Notes: a model not told the origin generated them from the sequence alone. Numbered from the stretch's first letter, positions 1 through 11,386 are shown. The stretch is DNA of 45,659 nucleotides from Octopus bimaculoides (GCF_001194135.2 NC_068981.1:4580263-4625921); one strand, 5' to 3'. Numbers and translations are program-made.

Positions 1-633
1 TTTTTTTTTTTTTTTTTTTTGGTAAATTGAGACTAAACAATAAGAATCTGTCTTAAATGTGACCACATAATTTCTAACTTCAGCTTATTGTCAACACCAT
101 TTGTCACTTGCTAAGACAAAATCTGTCCCTTCTGATATAGAGGAAACCTTGAATGATACAGTCGCAAATGGAGATTTTACATAAGGCTGTGTGAATGATG
201 TAACAACATCATACAAACATTTAATAATAACTTTTGTTTCACCACACAAGTAATTTTCAAGTTGGTTATGAATTAGGAAGATTCCACAAGTCAACACAAT
301 TAAAAGAATAATTCTGTAGCATTCATAAATAGTTGATTACAAAAGCTCTGTACTAAAGCTTGACAGGACAGAACAAAATATAGACATTAGATTCAAGCAA
401 CTATAACAATATATCAGGTCGACAAGAAGTTGTTAAAATGATGATTACAAGCAGCAAAAGAGTGTTTGGAGCTGGACCAGGGGCTGTCACACTCCGAAAG
501 TTAGGGCTAAAAACAAGCCTTTATATAACTCTTGAACTGAAGCATTCTTGAAGGATCTAGAATATTCAATCATATTAAGTCTAGTTGTTGATTGGTCAAT
601 AACTCAACATCTCACATGATCAAGGTGTTATTG

Positions 634-664
<31 letters not shown>

Positions 665-914
665 NNNNNNNNNNNNNNNNNNNNNNNNNNNNNNNNNNNN
701 NNNNNNNNNNNNNNNNNNNNNNNNNNNNNNNNNNNNNNNNNNNNNNNNNNNNNNNNNNNNNNNNNNNNNNNNNNNNNNNNNNNNNNNNNNNNNNNNNNNN
801 NNNNNNNNNNNNNNNNNNNNNNNNNNNNNNNNNNNNNNNNNNNNNNNNNNNNNNNNNNNNNNNNNNNNNNNNNNNNNNNNNNNNNNNNNNNNNNNNNNNN
901 NNNNNNNNNNNNNN

Positions 915-1047
915 GTGCTTTTACGTGTCACCCGCACGAAGGCCAGTCAGGCGGTACTGGCAACAGCCATGCTCAAAATGGTGTATTTTATGTGCCACCC
1001 ACACAAGAGCCAGTCCAGGGGCACTGGCAATGATCTCACTCGAAAAT

Positions 1048-1050
<3 letters not shown>
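915..1050 (-). mobile_element. Family C repeat, VNTR portion (partial, next to an N gap)
   Basis: Reverse complement of the ~65-bp unit (atgccagt...gactgg...aaaagcacc) seen tandemly at 40500-40736. Confidence 0.7.
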
Positions 1051-1084
<34 letters not shown>

Positions 1085-1169
1085 TTTTAATAATGTACAT
1101 ACATTAAATATGATACATAGATGGCCATTTTGATTGAATGCCATTCCAGTAGCATATATTAAAGTATTT

Positions 1170-1910
1170 CATCATCATCATCATCCTCATCATCAAGATC
1201 CTTTAATTGATGCGGCAGCCAGTCCTTGGGGGTTCCACTCTCAACACTTTTACAATCAGTCGTCACTACTGGTCACTGTTCTCTGTCATGCATAGCTGGG
1301 TCATGGTGTTGTGACCTGTCCAGTCGTTGATGTGGTCAAATCTGGATTTTCTCTGCCCACCTCTTTTTCACCTTCCTTCTACTGTACCTTAAAGGATGGT
1401 TTTAAACAAAGAGATATGTGACCACACCAGGTAAGCTTTTGTCTTTTTACCTGTGCAAAGAGTGGAACCTGTCTGCCAGTGTATTTGTTAACTTGCTACC
1501 TGACAAAGCTGTTCCTTCTGTGCTTTGTGTATGGGATGTGTAGCAGCCTTCTGAAGCACTTGTGCTTAAATACCTGGATTCTTTGATTCATGTCAGCTGT
1601 AAAAGTCCAGCTCTCACACCCATACAGAACGATTATAGTCACTAAGGACTTGTACACCTTGAGTCTTGGAAAACTAATGAAATGGCTTTTCCATTTGGTG
1701 TTCAGCTCTATCATGGCAGCAGAAACCAAACTAGTCTTGGGATCTCCTTTCGAGATCTGCTGTCCTTGGTGAAAGTGGATCCTAAGTACCTAAGGGTGTC
1801 CACTTTATCAAGTCTCTCTCTGTTCAGCCATGATGTTGCTTGCTGTGTTCTGGTTGTTACTATTAACCAAGATCCTGCTCTTTTCTGGGCTGATCTCCAT
1901 ACCATTTGCT
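1170..1910 (-). mobile_element. 5'-truncated, degenerate RTE-clade LINE (RT C-terminal region, 3' UTR, (GAT)n tail)
   Basis: Minus-strand frames give LDKVDTLRYLGS and KVYKSLVTIIVLYGCESWT...RIQVFKHKCFRRLLHI, typical RTE RT/thumb motifs; (CAT)n tail on plus at ~1170-1195; frameshifted. Confidence 0.85.
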
Positions 1911-1974
1911 AAGCTATTTAAGTTTGTGAAAAGAGATCAGTTGACAAGTTTTTTAGTGAAAGATTGACTTAGAG

Positions 1975-2370
1975 ATGCAAGTGGGCCTAAAGTGCAGACT
2001 TGTCTTCCCAGAGGAGATTAGCAGTAACACCACTCTGACCAGACATGTTCTTGCTCTCTAAGAATGCGAAAACAAATCATTGTGGTTGAGCTCACAGTGC
2101 CCTGGGGGACTGACTCGATATTTCCTGCCAGTTTAAACAATCAAAATATCAGCACCTAGTCAACGAAGTCCTTGTCAAGGGTTGGCAGGCAGCCTCATTC
2201 CCCACAGAAGTCAGCTACCATGGCTTCCCATCCAGGTCAGTGTGTTATTTCTGGCAGAAGATAGGCCTGGAATGCAGACAACTGAAGAAAGCCATCCAGG
2301 AAATCGGCACAGCAGTTGAGCTCAAGGTGGCTATGACTGATGAGAGATGACAAGTGGAACCCTTCTGTAG
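1975..2370 (+). mobile_element. HERO/R2-like non-LTR retrotransposon relic, restriction-like endonuclease (RLE) domain
   Basis: Broken frames read L*PDMFLLSKNAK / QIIVVELTVPW / KYQHLVNEVLVKGWQAASFPTEVSYHGFPSRS / SSRWL*LMRDDKWNP, matching the PD..ELTVPWE..KY..GW..EVGCRGF RLE pattern. Confidence 0.8.
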
Positions 2371-2521
2371 GTGGAGACTAGCTCATTCCTTGCTGTCCCA
2401 CTCAGATTAAAGGGCAAAATGATTGTGACCGTGAGATACCTGCTGATGATATGGAAAGGGGGATATTGTTCAATATGCCTCATAAAGTTGTCAACAAACT
2501 CTCATCCGAATCAGCTGTTTT

Positions 2522-2693
2522 GTTCGTTAATTTCCATAAAAAAATTTTTTATTTACTTTTGTTTTAAAGTGAAAGGAGAAAGTAAAAGATGTGTGAACGT
2601 GTATATGAAATGGACGTGTGTGTGTATGTGTGTGAGAGAGAGAGAGAATGAGTGAGTTCCACTTACACATACATGAGAACACCCATTCACTCA

Positions 2694-2727
<34 letters not shown>

Positions 2728-2945
2728 TACATACAAAAAAGATGCATGCATATGTATTGATGTATGTATGTATACTTGACAATACACCCCTTCACTCACT
2801 CTCTTCCTCTCTCTCTTTCTCACACACATGCACACACACACACGTCCATTTCATATACACATATGTACACTTTTTCCTCTCTTTCTTTCACTTTAAAACA
2901 AAAGTAAATAAATAAAAAAAAAATTTTTTATGGAAATTAACGAAC
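2522..2945. mobile_element. Foldback/MITE-like element with ~140-bp inverted arms and a microsatellite core
   Basis: gttcgttaatttccata...atggaaattaacgaac; arms ~2522-2660 and ~2795-2945 are reverse complements with small indels. Confidence 0.7.
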
Positions 2946-3416
2946 CCAAATGACAGCTCTTCAAGTCAAAACAAAAGACAGCCAGGAAGGGTTCTAACAT
3001 TGCAATGGATCTAGAAGAGCTTGTAAAACCCCTAATTAGCTCATGCAGTTTCTGTTTATTTCCCCCATAGAAACTATCTGTGTATCAAACCTAATGTATA
3101 AACACCATCAAAAGTTATGATGCTGTGATTTTTGTCTGAGAGAAAATCTATCTCCATCTCAAAATGTTGTATATTTTTCCCCACATCAAATATTTGTCAC
3201 CGAAGCCCAGCATCTGAATCTATGAATTTACGTATTCACCCATACAGTGATCAATAGATATATAATTTATTGATTTGGTAGAGAAGCCTAATATATATTT
3301 CATACGAACACTTCAATAAAAATTCCATAGTTTTGTCAACGTAATGAATCAATTTCACAGAGATTCAGTGCTTAGCATGAGTCTTCTAATGGACCGATGT
3401 GTGTACAGGGGCATGT

Positions 3417-3760
3417 ATGTGTGTGTGTGTGTGTGTGTGCGTGTGTGTGTATGTGCGTGTGTGTGTATGTGCGTGGGTGTGTGTGTTAAGAATAGTGAAG
3501 CATAAAGGACGTGAGAGAGGGAGGGAAAGAAAGAGAAAGACAGAGAAAATGAGATAAGGATAGAGAGGAAGTGGAAGAGAGAGACGGGGATGAAAGAGAG
3601 AGGAAGACAGAGAAAGAGAGAGAGAGGGGGGTGAGAGAAAGAAATAAAGAGAGAGAGAGAAGAAGGAAGATGGAGAGAGGGAGGGTGAGAGAAAGAGATA
3701 AAGAGAGAGGAAGAGTAGACAGAGGAAGAATGAGAAATACAGAGAGGGGGGGTTAGGAAG
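3417..3760. repeat. (GT)n followed by a GA-rich purine tract
   Basis: Seen directly. Confidence 0.9.
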
Positions 3761-4065
3761 GGAGGTCTACTTTCTACAAAATGTCCACAGAGGGAGAATG
3801 TTCGTTAGTAGAGTCCAGTGTATTTTGGAAATGTAGCATCAGAATTAGGTTTTGGTTGAAGAATCATTGATTTGGAAAGTGTATTGATGGAACATTGCCT
3901 CATACGTTGGAAAGAGAACTAATCACCGCCAACCAAAGTCTCTTTATTTATCTGCTAATCTCTTCTGTGTGGAGTTTGTGTTGGTGAAATGTTTGGGGAA
4001 CCTCAAACGATAGAAATATGTTGAAACTAAAAACCAGCAATCTTTGTTTGTCGCAAATGAAATGC

Positions 4066-4700
4066 AAATCATTATCATCGTCATCATCGTCATCATCATC
4101 ATCATCGTCATCAACATCATCATCATCATCATCGTCATCATCATCATCATCACCATCATTGTCATTGTCATCATCATTGTTATCATCATTGTTAACGTCA
4201 TCACCTCCATCGTCGTCGTCATTATCATTATCATTGTCATCACCATCATCATTAGCATCGTCATCATCATCATCATCATCATCGTCATCACCATCGTCAC
4301 CATCATCGCCATCATCATCACCATCGTCATCACCATCATTATCATCATCATTGTCATACCATCATCATCATCATCTTCAACATCACCACCACCACCACCA
4401 CCTCCATCATCATCATCATTTAAGATCCATTTTCCATGCTGGCATGGGTTGGATGGTCTGGCAGGAGCTGGTGTGCCAGAGGACTGTGCCAAGCTCCGCT
4501 GCCTGTTTTGGGCATGGTTTCTATAGCTTCATGCCCTTCCCTAATGCCAACCACTTTAGAGGGTGGGCTGGGTGTTTTTTTTTATGTGGCACCAGCATCA
4601 ATGTGGTAACCAAGTCACTTGCAGGACAACGGCCCTTCAACTGAGATGGGGGATTTGTTCTGAAAGAAGTGGCTTTGTGCCAGGTGATAAGAAGTTAAAT
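4066..4700 (-). mobile_element. Family C element with a greatly expanded (GAT)n-type tail (4066-4418)
   Basis: ttccatgctggcatgggttggatgg...tgcccttccctaatgccaaccact is the reverse complement of the family C 3' end; (ATC/GTC/ACC)n mosaic adjacent. Confidence 0.8.
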
Positions 4701-4868
4701 GCAGGTTCTTATTAGAGTACTTATAAGAGGAAAGCCTTCTGGTCTGGTTTTCATAAGCACATTGTTTATAGGGGGCGTTCCTTTCCATAGACATTTTCTA
4801 GCAGTGGAGGTCATTCCATATTTAAGTGTACATGACATGTTAAATATAATTATGCACACATATAGATA

Positions 4869-5452
4869 CAGGCGTGGCTGTGTGGTAAGAAGTTTGCTTC
4901 CCAACTACATGATTCCAGGTTCAGTCCCACTGTGTGACACCTTGGGTAAGTGCCTTCTACTATAGCCTCAGGCCAACCAAAGCCTCGTGAGTGGATTTGG
5001 TAGACAGAAACTGTAAGAAAGGCGTCGAGCTGGCAGAAAAGTTAGCACGCCGGGCAAAATGCTTAGCGGTATTTTGTCTGCCGTTACGTTCTGAGTTCAA
5101 ATTCCACCAAGGTCGACTTTGCCTTTCATCTTTTCAGGGTCGATAAATTCAAGTACCAGTTACGCACTGGGGTCGATGTAATCGACTTAATCCCTTTGTT
5201 TGTCCTTGTTTGTTCCCCTCTTCGTTTAGCCCCTTGAGGGCAATAAAGAAATAAGAAACTAGGTGAAAGCCTATGTGTGTGTGTATGTGTGTGATTGTGT
5301 GTGTGTGTGTGTGTGTGTGTCTCCTACTACCACTTAATGGCCAGTGTCAGCCAAAGTGACTGATAGAATAAGTACCAGGCTTGAAAATGTTTGAAGGCAG
5401 TGCCCCAGCATGGCCACAGTCTAATGACCAAAACAAGTAAAAGAAGAAGAAA
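4869..5452 (+). mobile_element. Family A tRNA-derived CORE-like SINE, interrupted by a family B copy
   Basis: Head ggcgtggctgtgtggtaagaag...ggttcagtccc, CORE-like ccttggg(c/t)aagtg, microsatellite, 3' half gatagaataagtaccaggc...ccagcatggccacagtc. Confidence 0.85.
5019..5254 (+). mobile_element. Family B SINE (Nin/Deu-like domain), nested in family A
   Basis: aaggcg..gagctggcaga...gttctgagttcaaattcc...gtcgactttgcctttcatc...gataaattcaagtaccag; shared with many other copies in the window. Confidence 0.85.
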
Positions 5453-5694
5453 GGCACCTATATTTCAATCATCACTGCTTCGTGTGCCTCTCATTAAGTA
5501 ATTTAATTAACTCCAGTTTGATAAAGCTTTGCACACACCTGCAAATTTTTAATATGTGGACTGTGAATGACAGGTATGATGTCTGTAGCTAATGAAGTGT
5601 AACGATGCAGAAAAACGTCCTATAGTCCGGTGACTTCAGCCTAAGGTGTATGGAATGCAACCCTGACTTCATTCTACAGAGCAGAATGATTCAC

Positions 5695-5948
5695 CACATA
5701 AAAAGCACCAGTGCTAGCGTCGCCTAAAAAGCACTCATTCTGGTGCCATGTGAGAAGCACCCAGAACATTTTGTAAAGTGGTTGGTGTTAGGAAGGGCAT
5801 CCAGTCATAGAGGCCATGCCAAAACAGACAACTGGAGCCTGGTGCGGCCCTACGGCTTGCTAGCTCCTCTCAAACCATTGAATCCGTACCAGTATGGAAA
5901 ACAGATGTTAAATGATGGTGATGATGATGATGATGATGATGATGTTGA
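5695..5948 (+). mobile_element. Family C element 3' part
   Basis: gtggttggtgttaggaagggcatccag...gttaaatgatggtgatgatg. Confidence 0.8.
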
Positions 5949-6689
5949 TTAACACTAACCATTACATAAGATCTCAGTATTTAAGGGTCTGCAAAGGTCC
6001 TTAATTGCAGCTCTTATCCCAGTCTTAGCTAAAAACTAAAAAAAAATTTAATTTTTTAGACTGGAAAGAGTTGTAGAGACATAAACCAAACAACTGAAGT
6101 GATTGTGGGCGCTTTTTTTTTCATTCATTTTTAAATCTTAATAATTTGTCAACAATTATATAAAAAAAGAACTGTATTCCTATTCATGAAATCTATATTT
6201 GATGTATGAATGAGCAAATATAATCGTATCGAGTCTCTTTTAACTATTTAATGTTGCTTTAAGTAATTCAACAATTCAAAGGATGGCATCTCTCTGAAGT
6301 TCTCTTTCATCGTTTCACACAACAACGGCAACAACAATAACACCAACAAACGCTGATACGCTGTCACTTTAGAAGCTCACTTGCAATTAACCTTTCATTT
6401 AAGTTAATGCAACACAACCAACAGATCGGAGCCTGAGTTGCTTCTCTCCGACAGACCCTTTACTGCCTGAGTGTGTTACAGTGGCATATGTTAGCACGAC
6501 TCTTCTTGCCAAAATACTTAACACATCGACACACTGACACCTTTAAACACTGTTTTCTCACCCTAAAACCAAATCTGCATCGGAAGAGCGCTGTCTCAAT
6601 GGCTATCCTAGTCGTGTGACCACCACTACCTCATCATCGCAGCTACTCGACACACAATCACAGGATGTGTGGTAAGAGGATTGCTTCCC

Positions 6690-6802
6690 AATTATAAATT
6701 TATGCATTAGATTTGCATTTATAAGTTATGAGTAAAATATCATTGGGGAAAAGTTAGATATCATAACTTATAAATGCAAATCTAATGCATAAATTTGTAA
6801 TT
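6690..6802. repeat. 42-bp inverted repeat with a 29-nt spacer
   Basis: 6690-6731 and 6761-6802 are reverse complements with one mismatch (a G-U pair in the plus-strand RNA). Confidence 0.95.
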
Positions 6803-7071
6803 TATTCAATGAGTATAAATGGAAACAGCTGTAGGAAGAAATGATTATCAATTTATTAATAAATAAATATTAACCACTAGCTCTCCATTTTCTTCTCTTA
6901 ATATAATATGGATTGTGTGTGTGTTTATTTGTAGTTAAGCCTCTGTCTGGTCATACAGCGACTAATGGTTCAGCATCTACAAAGGGTTTAGCCCCATGAA
7001 CAGCTCGTCAAACTCTAAAGCCGAAGACATTTAACACGGAATTTTGATGGAAGGTTTTCATTTAAATCACT

Positions 7072-7269
7072 TTAATCCATTTGTTACCATATTCCTGTTG
7101 AAACATTCTGCCTTTGCTTCCATTAATTTTGGAAATAAAGAATTTAATAAAATAACTTTGCCCTGGTTTTCAGACATAAATTAGCATAAAATTTTGATCA
7201 TTTTAAAGTGGGAAGTTTGTATGAGAGGACCAAAGATGTTCTCCAGCAGGTTGGTCTCAAGAGGGTTAA
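7072..7269. mobile_element. Degenerate piggyBac-like MITE
   Basis: Ends ttaatccatttgttacc ... ggtctcaagagggttaa resemble TTAA plus CCCT termini; degraded. Confidence 0.5.
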
Positions 7270-7974
7270 TTCAACTATGGACACAATTAGTAAAAGACAA
7301 TAACAACACTAACATCAACAACAACTTGATGCCACAGCATCAGTAGGATAATAGCAAATAAGCTTGAAAAAAAACTAATTAAATACATTTTTTTTCTTCT
7401 TTTTTCTTTATTTTAATTTTCTGTAACATATCAGTTTGCAATTTGAAATCTGATATGTTACTAATTAGGTTATGCTAATTGATTCTGTGGCCAATTAGTG
7501 CTGAAAACACCTGTTGTTGTCATCTCATTTTAGCAATATTTCAGTTGTCAGGTATTCAAGGAGACAATCTAATACGCACGCAATTAATCTGTGGTTTTAT
7601 AATATAATTAGTGTTTTGATGAGTTTGCAGTTGAGACGAAGTTCTTAATATTTCAAATTGTCTTAGCAGATTTCATTGCAACTGTAACATATTTAAAACG
7701 AACTCAAAAAATTTTTTTTAATAAAATAAAATAAAATAACAGGAATTCAATATAATAATTGCTTGAAAATATTGTACAGATGGAATTGAAGACTTTTTGT
7801 AAGTTCTTCTGTGTAAATGTCCTGGTTCTAATCTTGGAAAACTGTCAGATAAATTTCAAAATGAAAAACAAGAAATTTCCTGTATTTGATGGCATTGAAG
7901 ACACACATTTAATAACAAAAAAAAAAGAATTTTTAACCACCCCAGGTCTTACGAGAAAAGTTGTTTTAAATATT

Positions 7975-8168
7975 CTTTTCTATTCTAGGCACAAGGCCAG
8001 AAATCTTTGGGCAGGGGTGGGGATCCAGTCAATTAGATTGCCTGCAGTACACAACTGGTGCTTAATTTATCGACTCTGAAAGGATGAAAAGCAAAGTTGA
8101 CCTCGGCAGAATTTGAACCTAGAACGTAAAGACAAAATACCGCTAAGCATTTCACCCAGCGTGCTAAC
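7975..8168 (-). mobile_element. Family B SINE
   Basis: Reverse complement of the family B body. Confidence 0.75.
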
Positions 8169-8171
8169 ATT

Positions 8172-8325
8172 AAGTTCTGAGTTCAAATTCCACTGAGGTC
8201 CACTTTACCTTTTCTCCTTTCAGGGTTCATAAAATAAGTACCAGTTGAGCACTGGGGTTAATGTAATCAACTTACCCCCTCCCCCGAAATTGCTGGCCTT
8301 GTGATAAAAGTTGAAACCAATATTA
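8172..8325 (+). mobile_element. Family B SINE, 5'-truncated, head-to-head with the preceding copy
   Basis: gttctgagttcaaattccactgagg...aagtaccagttgagcactgggg. Confidence 0.8.
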
Positions 8326-8339
8326 CATGCATTAACACA

Positions 8340-8506
8340 CTTTTGGAGTGGTAGGCATTAGGAAGGGCATCCAGTTGTAGAAACCATACCAAATCAGACT
8401 GGGTTCTGGTGCAACCTTCCAGCCTTGCCAGCCCTGGTCAAACCATCCAACCCATGCCAGCTTGGACAATGGCTGTTAAATGATGATGATGATGATGATG
8501 ATGATG
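8340..8506 (+). mobile_element. Family C 3' end
   Basis: ggcattaggaagggcatccag...ccaacccatgccagc...(gat)n. Confidence 0.85.
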
Positions 8507-8566
8507 TTGGGCTGCATCTAATGTGCTCATGTGTCCTTTATGCCATCAAATATGAGTCATCTGTAC

Positions 8567-8725
8567 AGGCATGGTCGTGTGGTTAAGAAGCTTGCTTCCT
8601 GACCATGGGGTTTTGGGTTCAGTCTCATTGTGCAGCACCTTGATCTTTATTCCTGAGACAACCAATGACTTGTAAGTGAATTTCAGAAGCAAAAACTGAA
8701 AGAAGCCCATCGTGTATGTGTGTGT
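8567..8725 (+). mobile_element. Family A SINE 5' half, diverged
   Basis: ggcatggtcgtgtggttaagaagcttgcttcc...aactgaaagaagccc. Confidence 0.75.
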
Positions 8726-8764
8726 GGGGGGAGTAGGAAGGTCTGTATAAATGCTTTCATTTTG

Positions 8765-9110
8765 CATCATCATCATCGTCATCATCATTTAAATGTCCAT
8801 TTTCCATGCTGGCATGGATTGAACGGTTTGACAGGAAATGGCAAAGCCAGGAACCTCACCAGATTCCACTGTGTGTCTTGGTAAGGTTTCTACACCTGGC
8901 TGCCCTTCCTAATGCCAACCATTTTACAGTGTGTACCGGGTGCTTTTAGCATGGCACTAGCACAGGTACTTTTTACGCTGCCCCTGCACCAGTGCTTTAA
9001 ATGTGGCACCAACATCAGGAGGGTTACTAAGTACCTTGCAAAATAGAAACCCCACAAATTGGAAGTGGGGAGATCTATTGAGGGTTTTGTATATCTCTGG
9101 AAAATCACTG
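8765..9110 (-). mobile_element. Family C element
   Basis: (cat)n followed by ttccatgctggcatgg...tgcccttcctaatgccaacc. Confidence 0.75.
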
Positions 9111-9349
9111 AGCTATAGGTGGTGGCATTGTTGACATTTCCAAGTTGTTTGGTAGTTCTATGCTTTTAAAGACAAAGGGTAAGAAAATTCCCTTTCTTGA
9201 AAAGTAGGTAAAGGTTGGTGACAGTAAAAGCATCCAGTTGTAAAAACACTGATTCAATAATATGTATTCATCTAACCCATGCTGACGTGGAAAAACAGAA
9301 GAGTATCCTAAATAGCTAATAAGAAATATCAAAGATTGAAATATAAGTT

Positions 9350-9353
9350 ACAT

Positions 9354-9393
<40 letters not shown>

Positions 9394-9675
9394 ATTGGTA
9401 GATGTGTTTGTGTGTACGTACATGTATGTGCATGAGGTTGTGTGGGGAGGAGTATGTGTGTGTGTGTGTAAGTTTGTGTGTGTGTGAATGTGTATGTGTG
9501 TGTAAGTCTGTGTGTGTGTGTATGAGTATGTGTGTGTGCATGCATGAGTGTGTGTGTGTGCATGCATGAGTGTGAGTGTATGTATGTGTGTGTGTGTAAG
9601 TTTGTGTGTGTGTGAGTGTACGTGTGTGAGTGTACGTGTGTGTGTGTGTGTGTGTGTGTATGTCTGTCTGTCTGT
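9350..9675. repeat. (GT)n-based compound microsatellite
   Basis: Seen directly. Confidence 0.9.
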
Positions 9676-10523
9676 CCGTCCATCCTTGTCTTGACACAGC
9701 ATGACAGTTGTAGAAAGAGATATCATTATATAAGCAGTGTTGTTTGTTTTGAATCTTCCAAGAAAACCTTTTTTCTGGCCAAAGGGAAAGATTATGTTGC
9801 TTGGAAGTAGGTGAGGGTTGGCAACAGGAGGGGCATCCAGTTGTAAAAAATTTGCCTGAATGAATTCCATCCAGCCTTATACAAGCATAGAAAAATGAAG
9901 ACGATGATGGTGATTGTTGTAGGAACAGCAATTCAACGTGTATAATTCAACGTGTATAATTCAACGACATTAATGACATGGAGGACAATGGAATCAACTG
10001 TCTGGTCTCATAGCAACAGAGAGTGTGTACATTATTGTCTCTTTGTCTTGACACCCCATGATAGCTTTAAATTATTGTCACTGTCCATACAAGTAGTGCC
10101 ATTCCTTTCCGACATTCTGTGAGAACATGTCTGGCCATGGAGAAATATGGCTTTGCTTGGCAACAAGCGAAGATTGGCAGTGCGAAGGGCAATACAGTCT
10201 GTAGAAAATCTGTCTCAATTAACTCCATTGGAGCCCATGCAAGCATTGGGGAGTGGCCAGTAAGATGACAATGACAACGACGATGACGCTGATGATGATG
10301 ATGATGATGATGATGATGACACATACACACACACACAAACATCTATGTATGTACCCTTCTGTTTTTAATTACTTAAATTCATCCTTTGAGGAAGGAACTG
10401 GTTTCTAAAAAAGATACAAAACTCCATCATTGGATTGTAGATGACAAAAACAATGTCACATTTTAAACTTGAGAAAAGTCTTGCATATTTTTACTGTTCC
10501 ACTTACAAAGATTGTATTTGTAA

Positions 10524-10805
10524 AATACAGTTCTATATCTGAGAGATGAGGAATTATTTACATTATTTACAATTGACGGATATTTGTCCTCATTTTGTTT
10601 CTTGTTAACACAATGTTTCGGCTGATATATCGTCCAGCTTTCATCAGGTATCTTGGAGAAATTTTGAACCAGGGTTCTCATTCCTAACGTATTTTTCAAT
10701 GTTGTTATTATTATTATTATTATTATTATTCAGGTCACTGCTTGGAATCAAACTCGGAATCTTGGGGTTAGTAGTCCGAGCTCTTAACCACTACACCATA
10801 TGCCC
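10524..10805 (-). mobile_element. Family D element, copy D1: tRNA-like head, (AAT)n, body with hammerhead motif
   Basis: Minus strand gggcatatggtgtagtggttaagag...gagtttgattcc (A/B-box-like), then (aat)n, then the body shared with 35811-35998 and 36270-36415. Confidence 0.8.
10606..10652 (-). ncRNA. Minimal type-I hammerhead motif in D1 (one lesion in stem III)
   Basis: gatac-CTGATGA-aagctg..cagcc-GAAAC-att-gtgtt. Confidence 0.6.
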
Positions 10806-10897
10806 AGATGAAGGCTGGAGAGTATATCAGCCGAAACGTGTTAACAACAAACAAGATGAGGACAAATATCCGTCAAATGTAAATGATGCAAATGTAA
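10803..10897 (+). mobile_element. Family D partial copy D2, starting at the hammerhead core, inverted against the D1 5' end
   Basis: cccagatgaaggctggagagtatatcagccgaaacgtgttaacaacaaacaagatgaggac. Confidence 0.8.
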
Positions 10898-11229
10898 AGT
10901 ACGTAAATTAGTTGGTTGTTTTCTTTTTACTGTAAACCCTAGCTTATCCACATTGTCAGGCATTTACTCCCAAAACCAAGAGCATGTATGTATGCATGTT
11001 TGTATATATGCCATACATATATATGTATGTATATATATATATACATACACATACACACACGCACACACACATGCACACACGCACACAGACATATGCACAC
11101 ACACACACACACACATATATATATGTATATACATACATGCATGCATATATATATATATGTATGTATATACACAAGTGAGTAAACAAATAACAGAAGGACA
11201 CTCAACACATTTACTGGGAGTTACATTTA

Positions 11230-11386
11230 CGGATCAAAACAGTTTGATTCAAACTCCTTGGTACTCTGAGTTTCAAATGTGATGCTAGCCTTTGGCTATA
11301 GGAATTTGAAATTCTTAGGGCTGAAGACTAGCATCATGCTTGAAACTCAGAGTACCAAGGAATTTGAATCAAGCTGTTTGGATCTA
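11230..11386. repeat. 157-bp diverged palindrome centred on 11308
   Basis: Arms are reverse complements differing mostly by transitions; flanked by TA on both sides. Confidence 0.9.

Noticed and set aside
2443-2500. CTGATGA downstream of the HERO fragment
   Set aside because: No consistent stem II plus GAAA and NUH arrangement
6579-6592. atcggaagagcg, resembling an Illumina adapter
   Set aside because: Only a 12-nt match, neither flank continues the adapter, and it is not at a contig edge
10731-10805. tRNA-like sequences (also at 36214, 16005 and family A/B heads) as tRNA genes
   Set aside because: No complete acceptor stem or terminator; each is joined to a repeat body, so they are retroelement heads
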